A stretch of DNA of 20,000 bases from an uncultured virus (IMG/VR IMGVR_UViG_3300035034_004488) (IMGVR_UViG_3300035034_004488), one strand, 5' to 3'. Numbered from the stretch's first letter, positions 1 through 8,938 are shown. Numbers and translations are program-made. The notes: a model not told the origin generated them from the sequence alone.

Positions 1-268
1 CCAAGCGTTGACACTCCGCGTCCCACGGCTGGTCCGCGTCGAACCTCATCGTGAACTCGACCTGGACGTCTCGGACGCCCTTGGCGAGGCGATCGAGACC
101 CTCCGCGCCAAGGCGGTTCTTGGGGTCGAAGATGAAGGCTGCCCCCTTCCGGAACATGAGGTTGCGGAGATCCACGGAGAGGTCTCCGAATCGGAGGAAC
201 CCTCCACGCTCAAGTGCCGCTTCGATGTCGAGGAATCCGTTCTCAAGGGCCTGATCGAATGCGTTCAT
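1..268 (-). CDS. Hypothetical protein, 3' end runs off the window (MNAFDQALENGFLDIEAALERGG...)
   Basis: ATG at 268 preceded by AAGGAG; frame open to the window edge; lies downstream of the promoter at 330-358. Missing from the ORF track because it has no stop in the window. Confidence 0.8.
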   Translation of the reverse strand, partial: MNAFDQALENGFLDIEAALERGGFLRFGDLSVDLRNLMFRKGAAFIFDPKNRLGAEGLDRLAKGVRDVQVEFTMRFDADQPWDAECQRL

Positions 269-329
269 GGTGTGTTCTCCTTCGCGGTGCGCCGTGATCC
301 GGCGTGGTGTGTTGCTCTCTTACACACAC

Positions 330-358
330 TCTATACCATAAGGAGGGTGGCCCGTAAA
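330..358 (-). promoter_or_regulatory. Repeated sigma70-like promoter, TTTACG-N17-TATAGA with extended -10 TG
   Basis: Minus strand reads TGAGATAGTTTTTACG GGCCACCCTCCTTATGG TATAGA; same architecture recurs across the window. Confidence 0.8.
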
Positions 359-365
359 AACTATC

Positions 366-905
366 TCACCGAAGCGTGTAGCCGTTCGCGCTCGCGACCG
401 TAGCCAGCTTGGCAAAGTACCGCTCGAACTTCTTGAGGACGTTGGCAGGGGAGCCCGTGCCATTCCGCCAACCCACCTTGACCCGATCACGGCTTGGCGT
501 CCTCACGCTACCTCCCATGCTCAGCTCAACCGTAATGCGATCAGCAAGGCCGGAGTTGCTGTAGCTGTCGTGCATCCAGATCTGGTGGTAAGAGGGGTCG
601 TTTCGCTGGATTCCATTGGCCCACTCAGACTTGGGCAGCAGCGTAAACCCGATGAAAATCGAGTTCGAGCCAAACTTGGTCTCTGCGACGGCGCGAAATT
701 CACCCCGGAAATGACGCGCATACATGCGCTCAATCGCCGCAAGGAAAGCCCTCACGTCCGGGTGATCCGAAGCCTTGCCCGGCGAGAGGATGTCCTCAGC
801 CCCCGCCTCCTTTACAACGGAAGCAATAACCGGCTTGAGATGCTTGCGCAGCTCCGGGTTAGCGTTTCCAAGTCGAATCAGTTCGGTTTTCAGCGCGTCA
901 CTCAT
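366..905 (-). CDS. Hypothetical protein (179 aa)
   Basis: ATG-started ORF with coding-like composition; its TGA stop is the first triplet of the promoter module TGAGATAGTTTTTACG. Confidence 0.8.
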   Translation of the reverse strand: MSDALKTELIRLGNANPELRKHLKPVIASVVKEAGAEDILSPGKASDHPDVRAFLAAIERMYARHFRGEFRAVAETKFGSNSIFIGFTLLPKSEWANGIQRNDPSYHQIWMHDSYSNSGLADRITVELSMGGSVRTPSRDRVKVGWRNGTGSPANVLKKFERYFAKLATVASANGYTLR

Positions 906-932
906 AGCTAGAACCTAGGTCTTGAGGTGTAA

Positions 933-972
933 GGTTGCGGTAAACCCTTCTCATAAAGAGTTTACCGCAACC
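933..972. terminator. Perfect 13-bp inverted repeat (GGTTGCGGTAAAC / GTTTACCGCAACC), probable terminator or processing hairpin
   Basis: Arms at 933-945 and 960-972; lies just after the stop of the gene fragment at 977-1048; no strong U-tract. Confidence 0.5.
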
Positions 973-976
973 CCTC

Positions 977-1048
977 TCACTTGACCGGGAAACCGTTGTC
1001 GCTCGCGACCGTGGCCAGCTTGGTGAAGTAGCGGTCGAACTTCTTGAA
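977..1048 (-). pseudogene. Orphan C-terminal fragment paralogous to the end of gene 366-905
   Basis: Translates FKKFDRYFTKLATVASDNGFPVK* versus LKKFERYFAKLATVASANGYTLR* (366-437), 15/23 identical; no start codon. Confidence 0.8.
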
Positions 1049-1066
1049 GGGGCCGTAAAAACTATC

Positions 1067-1423
1067 TCACGTCACGAGGAGGTTCACCTTCAAGTTGAGC
1101 CGAGCGACGAGGTGCTGGCATGCAGACAGGTCTTTCGGGTTGCGGAGTTCCAGCTCCCTCACATGACCCAGGACGTTGGTGTGAAGGCTATAGTGAAGCA
1201 CCTGAAGAGCCTCCAGCTCCGCAGACATCTCGCGTGGGGTCAAGGTACGGTGAGCGCTCACCTCGACGGTGTATACGTCTCCCAGGCCCATCCACTCCAG
1301 CACGCTTCGGGCTTGTAGACATTGCTCCAGGTCCGACACGCCTAGATGGGTGTATCCCAACAGGAAGACGCTCGACACGTTCGCCGTATCGAGCGCATGG
1401 ATAAGGTCTTCGAGGGTGGGCAT
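1067..1423 (-). CDS. Hypothetical protein (118 aa)
   Basis: ATG preceded by GGAGG; follows the DUF2958 gene on the same strand. Confidence 0.75.
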   Translation of the reverse strand: MPTLEDLIHALDTANVSSVFLLGYTHLGVSDLEQCLQARSVLEWMGLGDVYTVEVSAHRTLTPREMSAELEALQVLHYSLHTNVLGHVRELELRNPKDLSACQHLVARLNLKVNLLVT

Positions 1424-1442
1424 GAGAGCCTCCGTGTGTGCT

Positions 1443-1757
1443 TCAGCGGTTGATCTCGCTGAACTTCTTGGGGGTGAAGTAGACGTCCTGCTCCACGGCG
1501 GGGATAACGCCCCCCACCATGGCCGCCTTCAGCTCGTTGAGGTCGATGTATCCCCACTCACTGTGGGCGCCCTCGGTGTAGCCGAACGCGCGGTTCGTCT
1601 CCGGGTCCAGTTCCACGATGAACCACTTCCAGCCAATGTACGGGCTGAATAGTACCATCGTCACGATCTTGTCGGCGGCGGCCACGTCCTCGGTGGCGTA
1701 TAGGGCGGGGGTGTTCTTGATGTCGCGCTGGCGGGGGTAGCTGAATCCGGCTTTCAT
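1443..1757 (-). CDS. DUF2958-family protein
   Basis: Pattern P.LYATE...LFSP..GWKWFIVELDP....FGY......EWGYIDLNEL is characteristic of DUF2958. Confidence 0.8.
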   Translation of the reverse strand: MKAGFSYPRQRDIKNTPALYATEDVAAADKIVTMVLFSPYIGWKWFIVELDPETNRAFGYTEGAHSEWGYIDLNELKAAMVGGVIPAVEQDVYFTPKKFSEINR

Positions 1758-1800
1758 TGGGTGCCTCGTGGTGCGGTGTGTCGTTTCGTCTTACACACAC

Positions 1801-1829
1801 CATATACCACAAGCAGGAGCGCCCGTAAA
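1801..1829 (-). promoter_or_regulatory. Repeated promoter, TTTACG-N17-TATATG
   Basis: Minus strand TTTACG GGCGCTCCTGCTTGTGG TATATG, upstream of the DUF2958 gene. Confidence 0.8.
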
Positions 1830-1835
1830 AAAGAT

Positions 1836-2183
1836 TTAATCGTCCTGAGCCTCCCAATACGCCTGATACCCATGCACATCGGACTCGAACGCGCGCGGCA
1901 GCTTGTGGTAGTCATCCCAGACGGCCCCCTGGAGCAGCGACGACATGTCATCCGCATGAGACAGGCCGGTCCGCTCGTGTATGTCCCGGTACAGGTGCCA
2001 CTTCCTCCACAGGCCCCACGTGTTGCGTATATGACGACCCACGGTGTGGTGGAACATACACAAGAACTCCTGTCGGTCGTCAAAGAACGTGTGAGGACGC
2101 GAGAGGTCCTCCAACAGGAGCTTGAGCAACTCCGAGACCCCTTGCTCAAAGGTCTTGGGTACACATAGAGCATTCAAAAGCAT
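1836..2183 (-). CDS. DUF6794-like hypothetical protein
   Basis: Motif HHTVGRHIRNTWGLW...G..HADDMS; ATG at 2183 overlaps the upstream stop (TGATG). Confidence 0.65.
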   Translation of the reverse strand: MLLNALCVPKTFEQGVSELLKLLLEDLSRPHTFFDDRQEFLCMFHHTVGRHIRNTWGLWRKWHLYRDIHERTGLSHADDMSSLLQGAVWDDYHKLPRAFESDVHGYQAYWEAQDD

Positions 2184-2962
2184 CAAGGAACCTCGGGGGT
2201 TGGGACTTCCGGGATGTCAATGATCTGGAAGTCTGCATCATTGACCAGGGAGACGCACCTCGCCTCGCACCCGTCCACAACAGCCGACCACTTCACGTGG
2301 TAATGCCCGAACAGCCAGCGATCCGGTCGGACGATCTCGAAGAGGTCATCCAGGAAGGGTCGATTCGGGTCGGGCCCGAGCTTGACAGCGGTGAACTGAC
2401 GACCTGCTGCGATCACGGTGGACATGACGTCGAAGCGTGTGGGGCAGTCATGAGCCACGACGGTGTGAATGTTCTCGGGCCCGTAGGCTTCCACCTGTGC
2501 CAGCACGTGCTCTTTGTCCGCCTCACTGAGGTTCTCTTGTGGGAACCAGTTGTGTCCGGGCGTGAGCCAAGGCTTGTTGACCGAACGACCGCCGCCTACG
2601 AACAGGATACCGTCGGTGATCGTGCCGCGCGGCTGATACTCCCAGGTCTGAAGGAACGTCTCCCAGCCGGCCACCCAAGACGTCTCAGGAGGCACCCCAA
2701 AGTGCGCCTCCCGTTTCTCCAGGCGATCGAACTGCTCGTGGTTGCCGTCTACCCAACGCGCCGGGTGATCAAACGTACGGCGCCAGGGTGGGTTGAGCCC
2801 TGGCCAGAACCCCAGGTCCCCCACCTGAATGATCTCATCCCACTCATACGGGCTCGCCTCCAACTGGTCGAGCAGGTAGTCCGCGTGGGCCCAACTGCCG
2901 TGCACGTCTCCCAGAAACAGAATCCGACTCATCAAGCTTTCCGTGGCTGTAGCCTTAAACAC
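2183..2962 (-). CDS. Calcineurin-like metallophosphoesterase
   Basis: Ordered motifs GDVHG, VGDLG, GNHE, AHDCP, FGHYH. Start may be the second Met (MSRILFLGD). Confidence 0.92.
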   Translation of the reverse strand: MFKATATESLMSRILFLGDVHGSWAHADYLLDQLEASPYEWDEIIQVGDLGFWPGLNPPWRRTFDHPARWVDGNHEQFDRLEKREAHFGVPPETSWVAGWETFLQTWEYQPRGTITDGILFVGGGRSVNKPWLTPGHNWFPQENLSEADKEHVLAQVEAYGPENIHTVVAHDCPTRFDVMSTVIAAGRQFTAVKLGPDPNRPFLDDLFEIVRPDRWLFGHYHVKWSAVVDGCEARCVSLVNDADFQIIDIPEVPTPEVP

Positions 2963-3022
2963 TATGAGGCCCCTCAGGGCCCGTCTGTGCGGTCTGAGGA
3001 GCCCCCAGACTACAGCAAGGGG

Positions 3023-3859
3023 TCAAGCCCGTCCAGCCACCTTGAGCGTCCTGTGCGGGCTGTACTTGACACCCTGGAGGTGGAAGTTGGCGACCAGATC
3101 TTCGTAGACCTTCTGGCCCATCTGGGCTCGGAGAACCTCCGCGTAGACTCGACAGAAGAGCCGACCGTGCCCGGCGTGGGGAGAGGGGATCAGGGCGTGC
3201 ACCAGCTCGTGGAGCAAGATGCGCTCATTCTGATGCACGGGGAGGATTCGGATGAGCGCGGCATCTCCCTTTCCCCGGCAGTAGGACTTGCGAAACCCCT
3301 GAGTCCTCTCGACCTTCACGGTCAGTGGCCCGAATCGTCGTGTGAACCATTCGCTGGAGGTGACCTTGTTGAGATAGGCCTGACACTCCGCGACCGTGGC
3401 GAAGCTCTCGCCCTTGGAGACCCCATCCTCTGCCTTGTAGAGCTTCTGGCGCCGGGAGTCGACCTCCGCGCCCCACTTGTTGGTGGAGTGTCCGTCGAGG
3501 TAGTACATCGAATCTTTGATGTACTTGGGCGCATCCTTGAGGCTACAGGCCGCGACCATCTCCTCTTGGGCCTTGAGAGCCTTCTGGTAGGTGCTCAGCT
3601 TCGGGGACCTTGGCGACTTCCGAGCGTGGACCGGGACGGGCTCCTGAAGCCTCGGTGAGGCCTCAACCGACTCGGAGTCGCTCTGCACCAAAGTCTTGGA
3701 GACGTTCCAGACCGTGCCCGCCTTTCGGGCCCGGTTCGTTCCCCTACTCTCGTCGGTCTTGACCTTGACCGTCTTGCGGTTGACCTTCACGATCACGCCG
3801 GCGGTCTTCTCCCCGTTCTGGCGACCGAAAAGGACGCGATCTCCGATACGAAATTCCAT
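3023..3859 (-). CDS. SH3/KOW-like N-terminal domain fused to a HEXXH zinc metallopeptidase-like domain (TIGR04338/SprT-like)
   Basis: N-terminus FRIGDRVLF...GVIVKVNRKTVKV; C-terminus DSRRQKLYKAE...ILLHELVH...HAGHGRLF. Confidence 0.7.
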   Translation of the reverse strand: MEFRIGDRVLFGRQNGEKTAGVIVKVNRKTVKVKTDESRGTNRARKAGTVWNVSKTLVQSDSESVEASPRLQEPVPVHARKSPRSPKLSTYQKALKAQEEMVAACSLKDAPKYIKDSMYYLDGHSTNKWGAEVDSRRQKLYKAEDGVSKGESFATVAECQAYLNKVTSSEWFTRRFGPLTVKVERTQGFRKSYCRGKGDAALIRILPVHQNERILLHELVHALIPSPHAGHGRLFCRVYAEVLRAQMGQKVYEDLVANFHLQGVKYSPHRTLKVAGRA

Positions 3860-3897
3860 TTCTCTCTCCCTCGTGTGGTGTGCTGTCTCTCACCACT

Positions 3898-3926
3898 CAT
3901 ATACCACAGGGACGGCAGAGCGTAAA
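3898..3926 (-). promoter_or_regulatory. Repeated promoter, TTTACG-N17-TATATG
   Basis: Minus strand TGAGATTCTTTTTACG CTCTGCCGTCCCTGTGG TATATG. Confidence 0.8.
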
Positions 3927-3933
3927 AAGAATC

Positions 3934-4353
3934 TCACCCCTCTCCCGAGGTTACCGGCTCATCGGAGAGAATCTCCTCGGTGGAGATAACGACCTCGCGC
4001 GTCTGATGCTCCGTTGAGGTGGCTCGCGAGGCGTAGCTTTGCCCGAGTCCCGTGGAAGACATGAGACTGCCCTCCACGTAGCTCACGTCAGAGAAGAGGT
4101 CTTCAAGAGGGCCCATCACCTCCTGTATACGCGCAAGCAGCGCTGGCGTTTTGTTCTGAAGAGAGCGGCTGCTCCCCTTGAGGTTGAGGGCCCACAGCTC
4201 AAGTTGAAGCTCTCGGATGAGCAGGTGGAGGTCTTTGGCCGAAACCAAAAGCTCCTCGAAGTCCTGAGCCCGAACCTTGATACGACGATCTCCACCGCCC
4301 ATCCGAAGACGGACCTCCTCAAGCATGACCTCATACCAATAGACGGGCTTCAT
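3934..4353 (-). CDS. Hypothetical protein (139 aa)
   Basis: ATG-started ORF in the minus-strand gene run; its TGA begins the promoter module. Confidence 0.7.
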   Translation of the reverse strand: MKPVYWYEVMLEEVRLRMGGGDRRIKVRAQDFEELLVSAKDLHLLIRELQLELWALNLKGSSRSLQNKTPALLARIQEVMGPLEDLFSDVSYVEGSLMSSTGLGQSYASRATSTEHQTREVVISTEEILSDEPVTSGEG

Positions 4354-4368
4354 TGCAGTAGCCTCGGC

Positions 4369-4653
4369 TTAGCGCCGCAAGGGTATGGAGAGGCAGCCCC
4401 GGACGGCTCGCGCGCTCTCCGTGTTCGTGGTCGGATAGACCTCTCGAATGAGGGCGTGCAAGCCCTCGAACATCTCTTCCGAACCTGCCCTACGCGAATC
4501 CACGCGACCGTAGACCTCACCTCCCAGGTCCTCACGAAGGTTGAAGTGGGTCGCCATTGTCGCCGGCTCCCACACTGAGTAGAACATGTTCGCGCTGATG
4601 CGCTCACACGTAACCACGCGACCTTCGAGCAACCTGCTTTGAACCGTCGTCAT
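4369..4653 (-). CDS. Hypothetical protein (94 aa)
   Basis: ATG preceded by GAGG; downstream of promoter 4719-4747. Confidence 0.7.
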   Translation of the reverse strand: MTTVQSRLLEGRVVTCERISANMFYSVWEPATMATHFNLREDLGGEVYGRVDSRRAGSEEMFEGLHALIREVYPTTNTESARAVRGCLSIPLRR

Positions 4654-4718
4654 CTTGACCTCTCATGTCTGCACGTCTTGTAACGTCGGGCGCCTACTCA
4701 CAGGCACCTGACATAAAC

Positions 4719-4747
4719 ACTGTACCACAACGAACTACAACCGTAAA
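4719..4747 (-). promoter_or_regulatory. Repeated promoter, TTTACG-N17-TACAGT
   Basis: Minus strand TTTACG GTTGTAGTTCGTTGTGG TACAGT, immediately after the stop of gene 4750-5625. Confidence 0.75.
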
Positions 4748-4749
4748 AG

Positions 4750-5625
4750 TTAGTAGTGGTAGTTTACCAGCACGAGGACATCTTTCGGATCACCCTTGGA
4801 CACGACCTCTCGGTAAAACCACTCGGACCACTGGCGATCCGACTCCACCCGCGCTTCCGAAGGGAAATTCGGAGTGGGCATCTCCACCCATCCGGTCTCA
4901 GGGCTCAGTACGCTGAACGGGCTGAACAGAAAGAAGTAGTCGTAGTCCGAACTCCGGGCCAGCAAGGGCGTAGGGTCCGCGAGCCACACAGGCTCAGGCA
5001 CCGAGTCGCGCCGCTGTCTTGCCTGGACCATCTCCTTGAGGTTCTGCGGAGAGAGGTTCATGCGCTCAAGCGCGCGAGCGATCTCATACTCGGCGGGACT
5101 CTCCGTATTGAGGGCCCGGATAAAGTCGCTCTTCTCGGCCATGGCGGCGCGGTGCATCGAGGCCACGTCAACCGTCTCGCGAGTGCAACAGTTCACCGGT
5201 GACGACGACAAGGGTATCCCACTGCGTGCCGGAGGGTTTCGACGGTGCAAGAGCTGTCCTCGAAGGTTCCAGCTATCCCACATGCCCTCTGGGTTGGTCC
5301 AGTAGCCCCACTCCCCCTCGTGGTAGGTCATGCCGTCGTGCGCCGCGAGGAAGTCTTTCGGAGTCGCGTCCTCCACTGCCATGTCTACGCCTGCAAAGCA
5401 TTTCTTGGCGTAGGCAGAAGGCCCCGCCAGTTCCTTGGCCCCACGCTGAAGGCGCTCCTCCGAGGTCTCCACATGTTCCGGAATGAACGTCACGTGAGGG
5501 TTATCTCTGCTCCAGGACTCCTCGTAGGGCGCCAGAAGGGGCTTCAAGTGTTCCGCCAGGGTAGACGTCGACAGCTCCGAAGGGGCGTTCGCTGCGGGGA
5601 TAGTGAGGATGAGATTAGAACGCAT
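4750..5625 (-). CDS. Hypothetical protein, phage-type family with NP...WD.W motif (291 aa)
   Basis: Long ORF; WGYWTNPEGMWDSW and terminal LVLVNYH resemble an uncharacterised phage protein family (from recall, not searched). Confidence 0.75.
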   Translation of the reverse strand: MRSNLILTIPAANAPSELSTSTLAEHLKPLLAPYEESWSRDNPHVTFIPEHVETSEERLQRGAKELAGPSAYAKKCFAGVDMAVEDATPKDFLAAHDGMTYHEGEWGYWTNPEGMWDSWNLRGQLLHRRNPPARSGIPLSSSPVNCCTRETVDVASMHRAAMAEKSDFIRALNTESPAEYEIARALERMNLSPQNLKEMVQARQRRDSVPEPVWLADPTPLLARSSDYDYFFLFSPFSVLSPETGWVEMPTPNFPSEARVESDRQWSEWFYREVVSKGDPKDVLVLVNYHY

Positions 5626-5634
5626 TGGAGGTCC

Positions 5635-6096
5635 TCAGAGAAGGTCGTTTTGGAACGGGTCTCGCGACGGGCCGGTCACGGCCACGTGAGGGCTGGAGTC
5701 GGTTAGATCCGTGGAGATCCGTGGAGGGAGGGCATGTGTGGTCGGCACCACCTCAAGCTCTTCCAAGGTACCCAGGAAATCTCTTTTGGCGGCTGGCGCT
5801 GCCGTCTCCGGGAAGAACTCCGGGTCGAGAGTGCACCCCAACCACCGCTCCAGGAACCTCGCCGTCAGTATGACGTACTTTTTGCGGTCCAGGCATACGC
5901 TACGGCCTTCCGGAATGCGGATGCGCACGATGCCTTGCTGAGCCATCATGGCAGTCACGACCCCGCTCACGATGATGGAACGTCCCGGCACACGGGCCCA
6001 AATCGTGTGCCCCAACGACAGGGTGGGGTCAGTGAGGTCGAGTTGGATTGGTCGGGACGGGAGGTCTTTGAGGTACGGCGTCAAGTCGAGAGGCAT
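5635..6096 (-). CDS. Hypothetical protein (153 aa)
   Basis: ATG preceded by GGAG; downstream of promoter-like 6125-6154. Confidence 0.7.
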   Translation of the reverse strand: MPLDLTPYLKDLPSRPIQLDLTDPTLSLGHTIWARVPGRSIIVSGVVTAMMAQQGIVRIRIPEGRSVCLDRKKYVILTARFLERWLGCTLDPEFFPETAAPAAKRDFLGTLEELEVVPTTHALPPRISTDLTDSSPHVAVTGPSRDPFQNDLL

Positions 6097-6124
6097 TGGA
6101 GGGCTCCATTCGGGTATAGCTTCG

Positions 6125-6154
6125 ACAGTACCACGACAAGCAGGTTGAAGTCAA
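6125..6154 (-). promoter_or_regulatory. Promoter variant, TTGACT-N18-TACTGT
   Basis: Minus strand TTGACT TCAACCTGCTTGTCGTGG TACTGT; the -35 overlaps the stop of the upstream gene. Confidence 0.55.
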
Positions 6155-6822
6155 GAGACCTCGACGCTACGAATACGTAGGAAGCAGTTTTCGTTGAGGG
6201 AAGCCACAATAGACTGAATGTAAGCGAGTGCCTTGAGGTAGGTGTTCCAGTTGGTGCGTGTGTAGTGCAGGTAGGTCACAGGGCTTCCATCGGACTCCAC
6301 CCCCATCATCACGGCGTGAACCTTCACGTCTTTGAAGTACGCGCCGAGGTCGGTCGTGCCCCGTGTCTCATTGCGCTTGAGCGGGCTTTTGTAGGAGTGC
6401 ACGGCCGTGTGGGAGTCGCTCACCATCGTGGACCCTACAGAAGAGATCCTCAAGACATCGCGGCCGCGCTTCGCGCCGATGTAGATGCAGAGCTGCTCGT
6501 GTATCTTGCCCAGCTCCTCGACCACAGCGCTCACGTCGACCTGATACCAGTCTTTGCCTTCCTCATACCCGAAGACCTCAGCCAGGGTTTGACCGACAGT
6601 CCTCTCAAGCAAGGCGTCGAGACCGTCGTGGTTGTAATCGCATGTCCAGCGGTTAGAAGAGACCCCACGGATCGGCACGCCTTCCCCTGAAACCTCCAGG
6701 GAGGTGAGGCCTGCCGGAGGGTCTTGAGCGAAGAACGAGTTCTTGGGCGAGGAGGGTGAGCTAGCTTCGATCTCGCAGGGGTTGGCTCCGCTGGAGATGA
6801 ACGGTTGAAATATCATGCCCAT
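6151..6822 (-). CDS. Hypothetical protein (about 223 aa)
   Basis: Start re-called to ATG 6822 (AAGGA upstream) because the ORF-track start at 6897 lies inside the promoter. Confidence 0.7.
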   Translation of the reverse strand: MGMIFQPFISSGANPCEIEASSPSSPKNSFFAQDPPAGLTSLEVSGEGVPIRGVSSNRWTCDYNHDGLDALLERTVGQTLAEVFGYEEGKDWYQVDVSAVVEELGKIHEQLCIYIGAKRGRDVLRISSVGSTMVSDSHTAVHSYKSPLKRNETRGTTDLGAYFKDVKVHAVMMGVESDGSPVTYLHYTRTNWNTYLKALAYIQSIVASLNENCFLRIRSVEVS

Positions 6823-6887
6823 GGTCGATTTTCCTTGTGTTAGGATGCTTGAGGGGTTGACCCTTCCAGTCTGGGAGGGTTGCCCTT

Positions 6888-6916
6888 CATATACCACAAG
6901 CCTCAGGAGCCGTAGA
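6888..6916 (-). promoter_or_regulatory. Repeated promoter, TCTACG-N17-TATATG
   Basis: Minus strand TCTACG GCTCCTGAGGCTTGTGG TATATG. Confidence 0.75.
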
Positions 6917-6918
6917 AA

Positions 6919-7221
6919 ATGAATCAGGATCTAGTGGACCCGGTAAGCTACCACCTCCAGATCGTAGACAGTTTTTTCAATGCCCTCTGCACGCTGTATA
7001 TCCTCCGAGCCGGCATACTGAACCACGCACGCCCGGAGGTCACCTTGCAGAGCCTCGACGAGGTGATGGAACAGGCTCAGAAACAGCTCTCGCACGAGGC
7101 CTACCAACGGGTCGTCTACAAGATCGAACGCAACCTCACCCGCATGCTTCTGGGAGAGAGCAACCCCTTTTTCGAGGCGTTGGCGAACCAATACTTCGAG
7201 CGAAAGAACCTCCCGAACTAG
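6919..7221 (+). CDS. Hypothetical protein (100 aa)
   Basis: AGGAG upstream of ATG; converges on the 7218 gene with overlapping stops. Confidence 0.65.
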   Translation: MNQDLVDPVSYHLQIVDSFFNALCTLYILRAGILNHARPEVTLQSLDEVMEQAQKQLSHEAYQRVVYKIERNLTRMLLGESNPFFEALANQYFERKNLPN

Positions 7222-7793
7222 GACAAGGAGAGGTAGTTGCGCCACTCCCGGCCGCTCAAGTCGCACTGGAAGTTCAAGTAGACCCCATCGGCCACGGTAT
7301 GACACTTCAGGATCACGGCGTAGTTCTCTTCCACGTGCCCTTTGAGGCCTCGGATGAGACACAAAAGAGTCTGGTAGAAGTTCGTGAAGCTCCTGGAAGT
7401 GCCTCGTATCGGTTCAAACGCATCGGACATGTGCCGAGCACACACGATATTGAGATGCCCACGGAGCGAGTCCTGAGCACAGATCCATCCAGGAGGGAGC
7501 TGGTAGGACATGGCCGGACTGCCAAAGGCGTCTCGAACCGTCTGCTCTATCTCATGGATGCTCGACGACTCAAATTGACGTGTGAGACGTCCAGGAGGTT
7601 CAAAGACCGTGATCCGCCAGCCCTGCTCGGTCTGGGTCAAATGCCACCGGCCTCCCAACCCATCAAGGAGGCAGTCCCCGTATTAGTCGAACAACCGCTC
7701 ACCGTCTGTCCGCGTAGGGTCTTCCGGGAGCATACAGGAAAGCACGTCTTGAGCCTCAAGTTGACGCAAGGCCAGTGCGTTAATCAGCATCAT
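7218..7793 (-). pseudogene. 191-codon gene interrupted by one in-frame TAA (7683-7685)
   Basis: ATG 7793 overlaps the upstream stop (ATGA); reads MMLINALALRQ...ERLFD*YGDCLLDGLGGRWHLTQ... in frame with ORF 7218-7658. Confidence 0.7.
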
Positions 7794-8347
7794 AGGACCT
7801 CAAGTTGGTAAGACCACTCCACTTTCTGGCGCATCGCGTGCCCTTTGATCCGTGCGCGCTCCATAGCCGCCGCCGAACAGAGACTGAGGCTATGTTCCAG
7901 CTTGAGCAGCCAGGAGTCATAGGAGACTATGTTCATGGTGAAGTTCCCGACCTTATCCTCCCGGCAGGTGCAAAAGACACGGAGAGTGCCTGTCGGTAGG
8001 AGGACGCACTCATAGTCGAACATCACATAGACACTGTTGCGCTGCGTCACCGGCTGACACACGAAGCCCCACGTCATAGAAAGAATCAAACGGGGCGTCA
8101 ACGGACAGTCAAGCACGAGAGGGGGTGGCGTGTCATTGAATTCGCTCCATGGGCTGCTGCTGGAAGACGTGTAGCGCATCGGGTCTATTTCGGGAGGCAG
8201 GGGAGAGGCTAGGTTCCAGGAGGCAAAGTCGCAGGCCATGAAGAAAATGTGGTTGGGGAAGAGGTCGTAGTCCCGGACTATCTTCTGGATGCCTGGAGGA
8301 AGCCGAGAAATCTGATCGCCAACACGGAATTGAGAGATAATCATCAC
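7790..8347 (-). CDS. Hypothetical protein (185 aa)
   Basis: Tightly packed between neighbours (3-nt gap upstream, ATGA overlap downstream). Confidence 0.7.
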   Translation of the reverse strand: MMIISQFRVGDQISRLPPGIQKIVRDYDLFPNHIFFMACDFASWNLASPLPPEIDPMRYTSSSSSPWSEFNDTPPPLVLDCPLTPRLILSMTWGFVCQPVTQRNSVYVMFDYECVLLPTGTLRVFCTCREDKVGNFTMNIVSYDSWLLKLEHSLSLCSAAAMERARIKGHAMRQKVEWSYQLEVL

Positions 8348-8350
8348 ACC

Positions 8351-8938
8351 CTACCCAGCCAAGTCATGTGCGCGGAACATCCGGTCTATTTCAATAGGAA
8401 GGTACTTCGCGGAGGAGCTGTTACCCGCGTGCACCCTCCCCGACAGGTCCTTGACATGCGGTATGAAGCAATCCGTATTCACGCGGTACTGGAGAGCAAA
8501 GGCAACGCCCCAGAGGCTACACTTCAGCACTCCTCTCTTTTGGTCCAACCCCACCCACTGGTAGGTGGAGCCCGGCCTCTTACGTCTCGCGTGTGGGGAA
8601 GACTTCGAGTCAAAAGCCCATGCAAGTTGACCCGATGCCTCGGCCATTGCAGGTCCCAGGAAGTTACGCTGCCAGTGCAGTTGGACGGCCTCAAACATGT
8701 CCGTGGTGTTAAAGTTGAACGTTTGGTCTGAATGACGCGTACTGACCAAACAGAGAGAGTCTTCCTTCTGGACCGCCCACTCGTAAGACCAGAAATGAGA
8801 CTCGGGATGCGCGCCCCAACGCATCTGCTGAGCCTTCGAGACTTTCATTAGGTAAAGGTGCTTCAAGAATGGAAGCTCCTCACGCCACGCGCCGATCTGG
8901 CGCAGCCACTCCCCCTCCTTGAAATGATTGATGAGCAT
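8351..8938 (-). CDS. Hypothetical protein (195 aa)
   Basis: Strong RBS AGGAGG before ATG. Confidence 0.8.
   Translation of the reverse strand: MLINHFKEGEWLRQIGAWREELPFLKHLYLMKVSKAQQMRWGAHPESHFWSYEWAVQKEDSLCLVSTRHSDQTFNFNTTDMFEAVQLHWQRNFLGPAMAEASGQLAWAFDSKSSPHARRKRPGSTYQWVGLDQKRGVLKCSLWGVAFALQYRVNTDCFIPHVKDLSGRVHAGNSSSAKYLPIEIDRMFRAHDLAG

Noticed and set aside
2297..3658. 453-aa plus-strand ORF
   Set aside because: Antisense shadow of the metallophosphoesterase and HEXXH genes, which carry clear motifs; typical of GC-rich DNA.
7683..7685. Alternative genetic code (TAA recoding)
   Set aside because: TAA, TAG and TGA all end convincing genes elsewhere in the window; there is only one such interruption.
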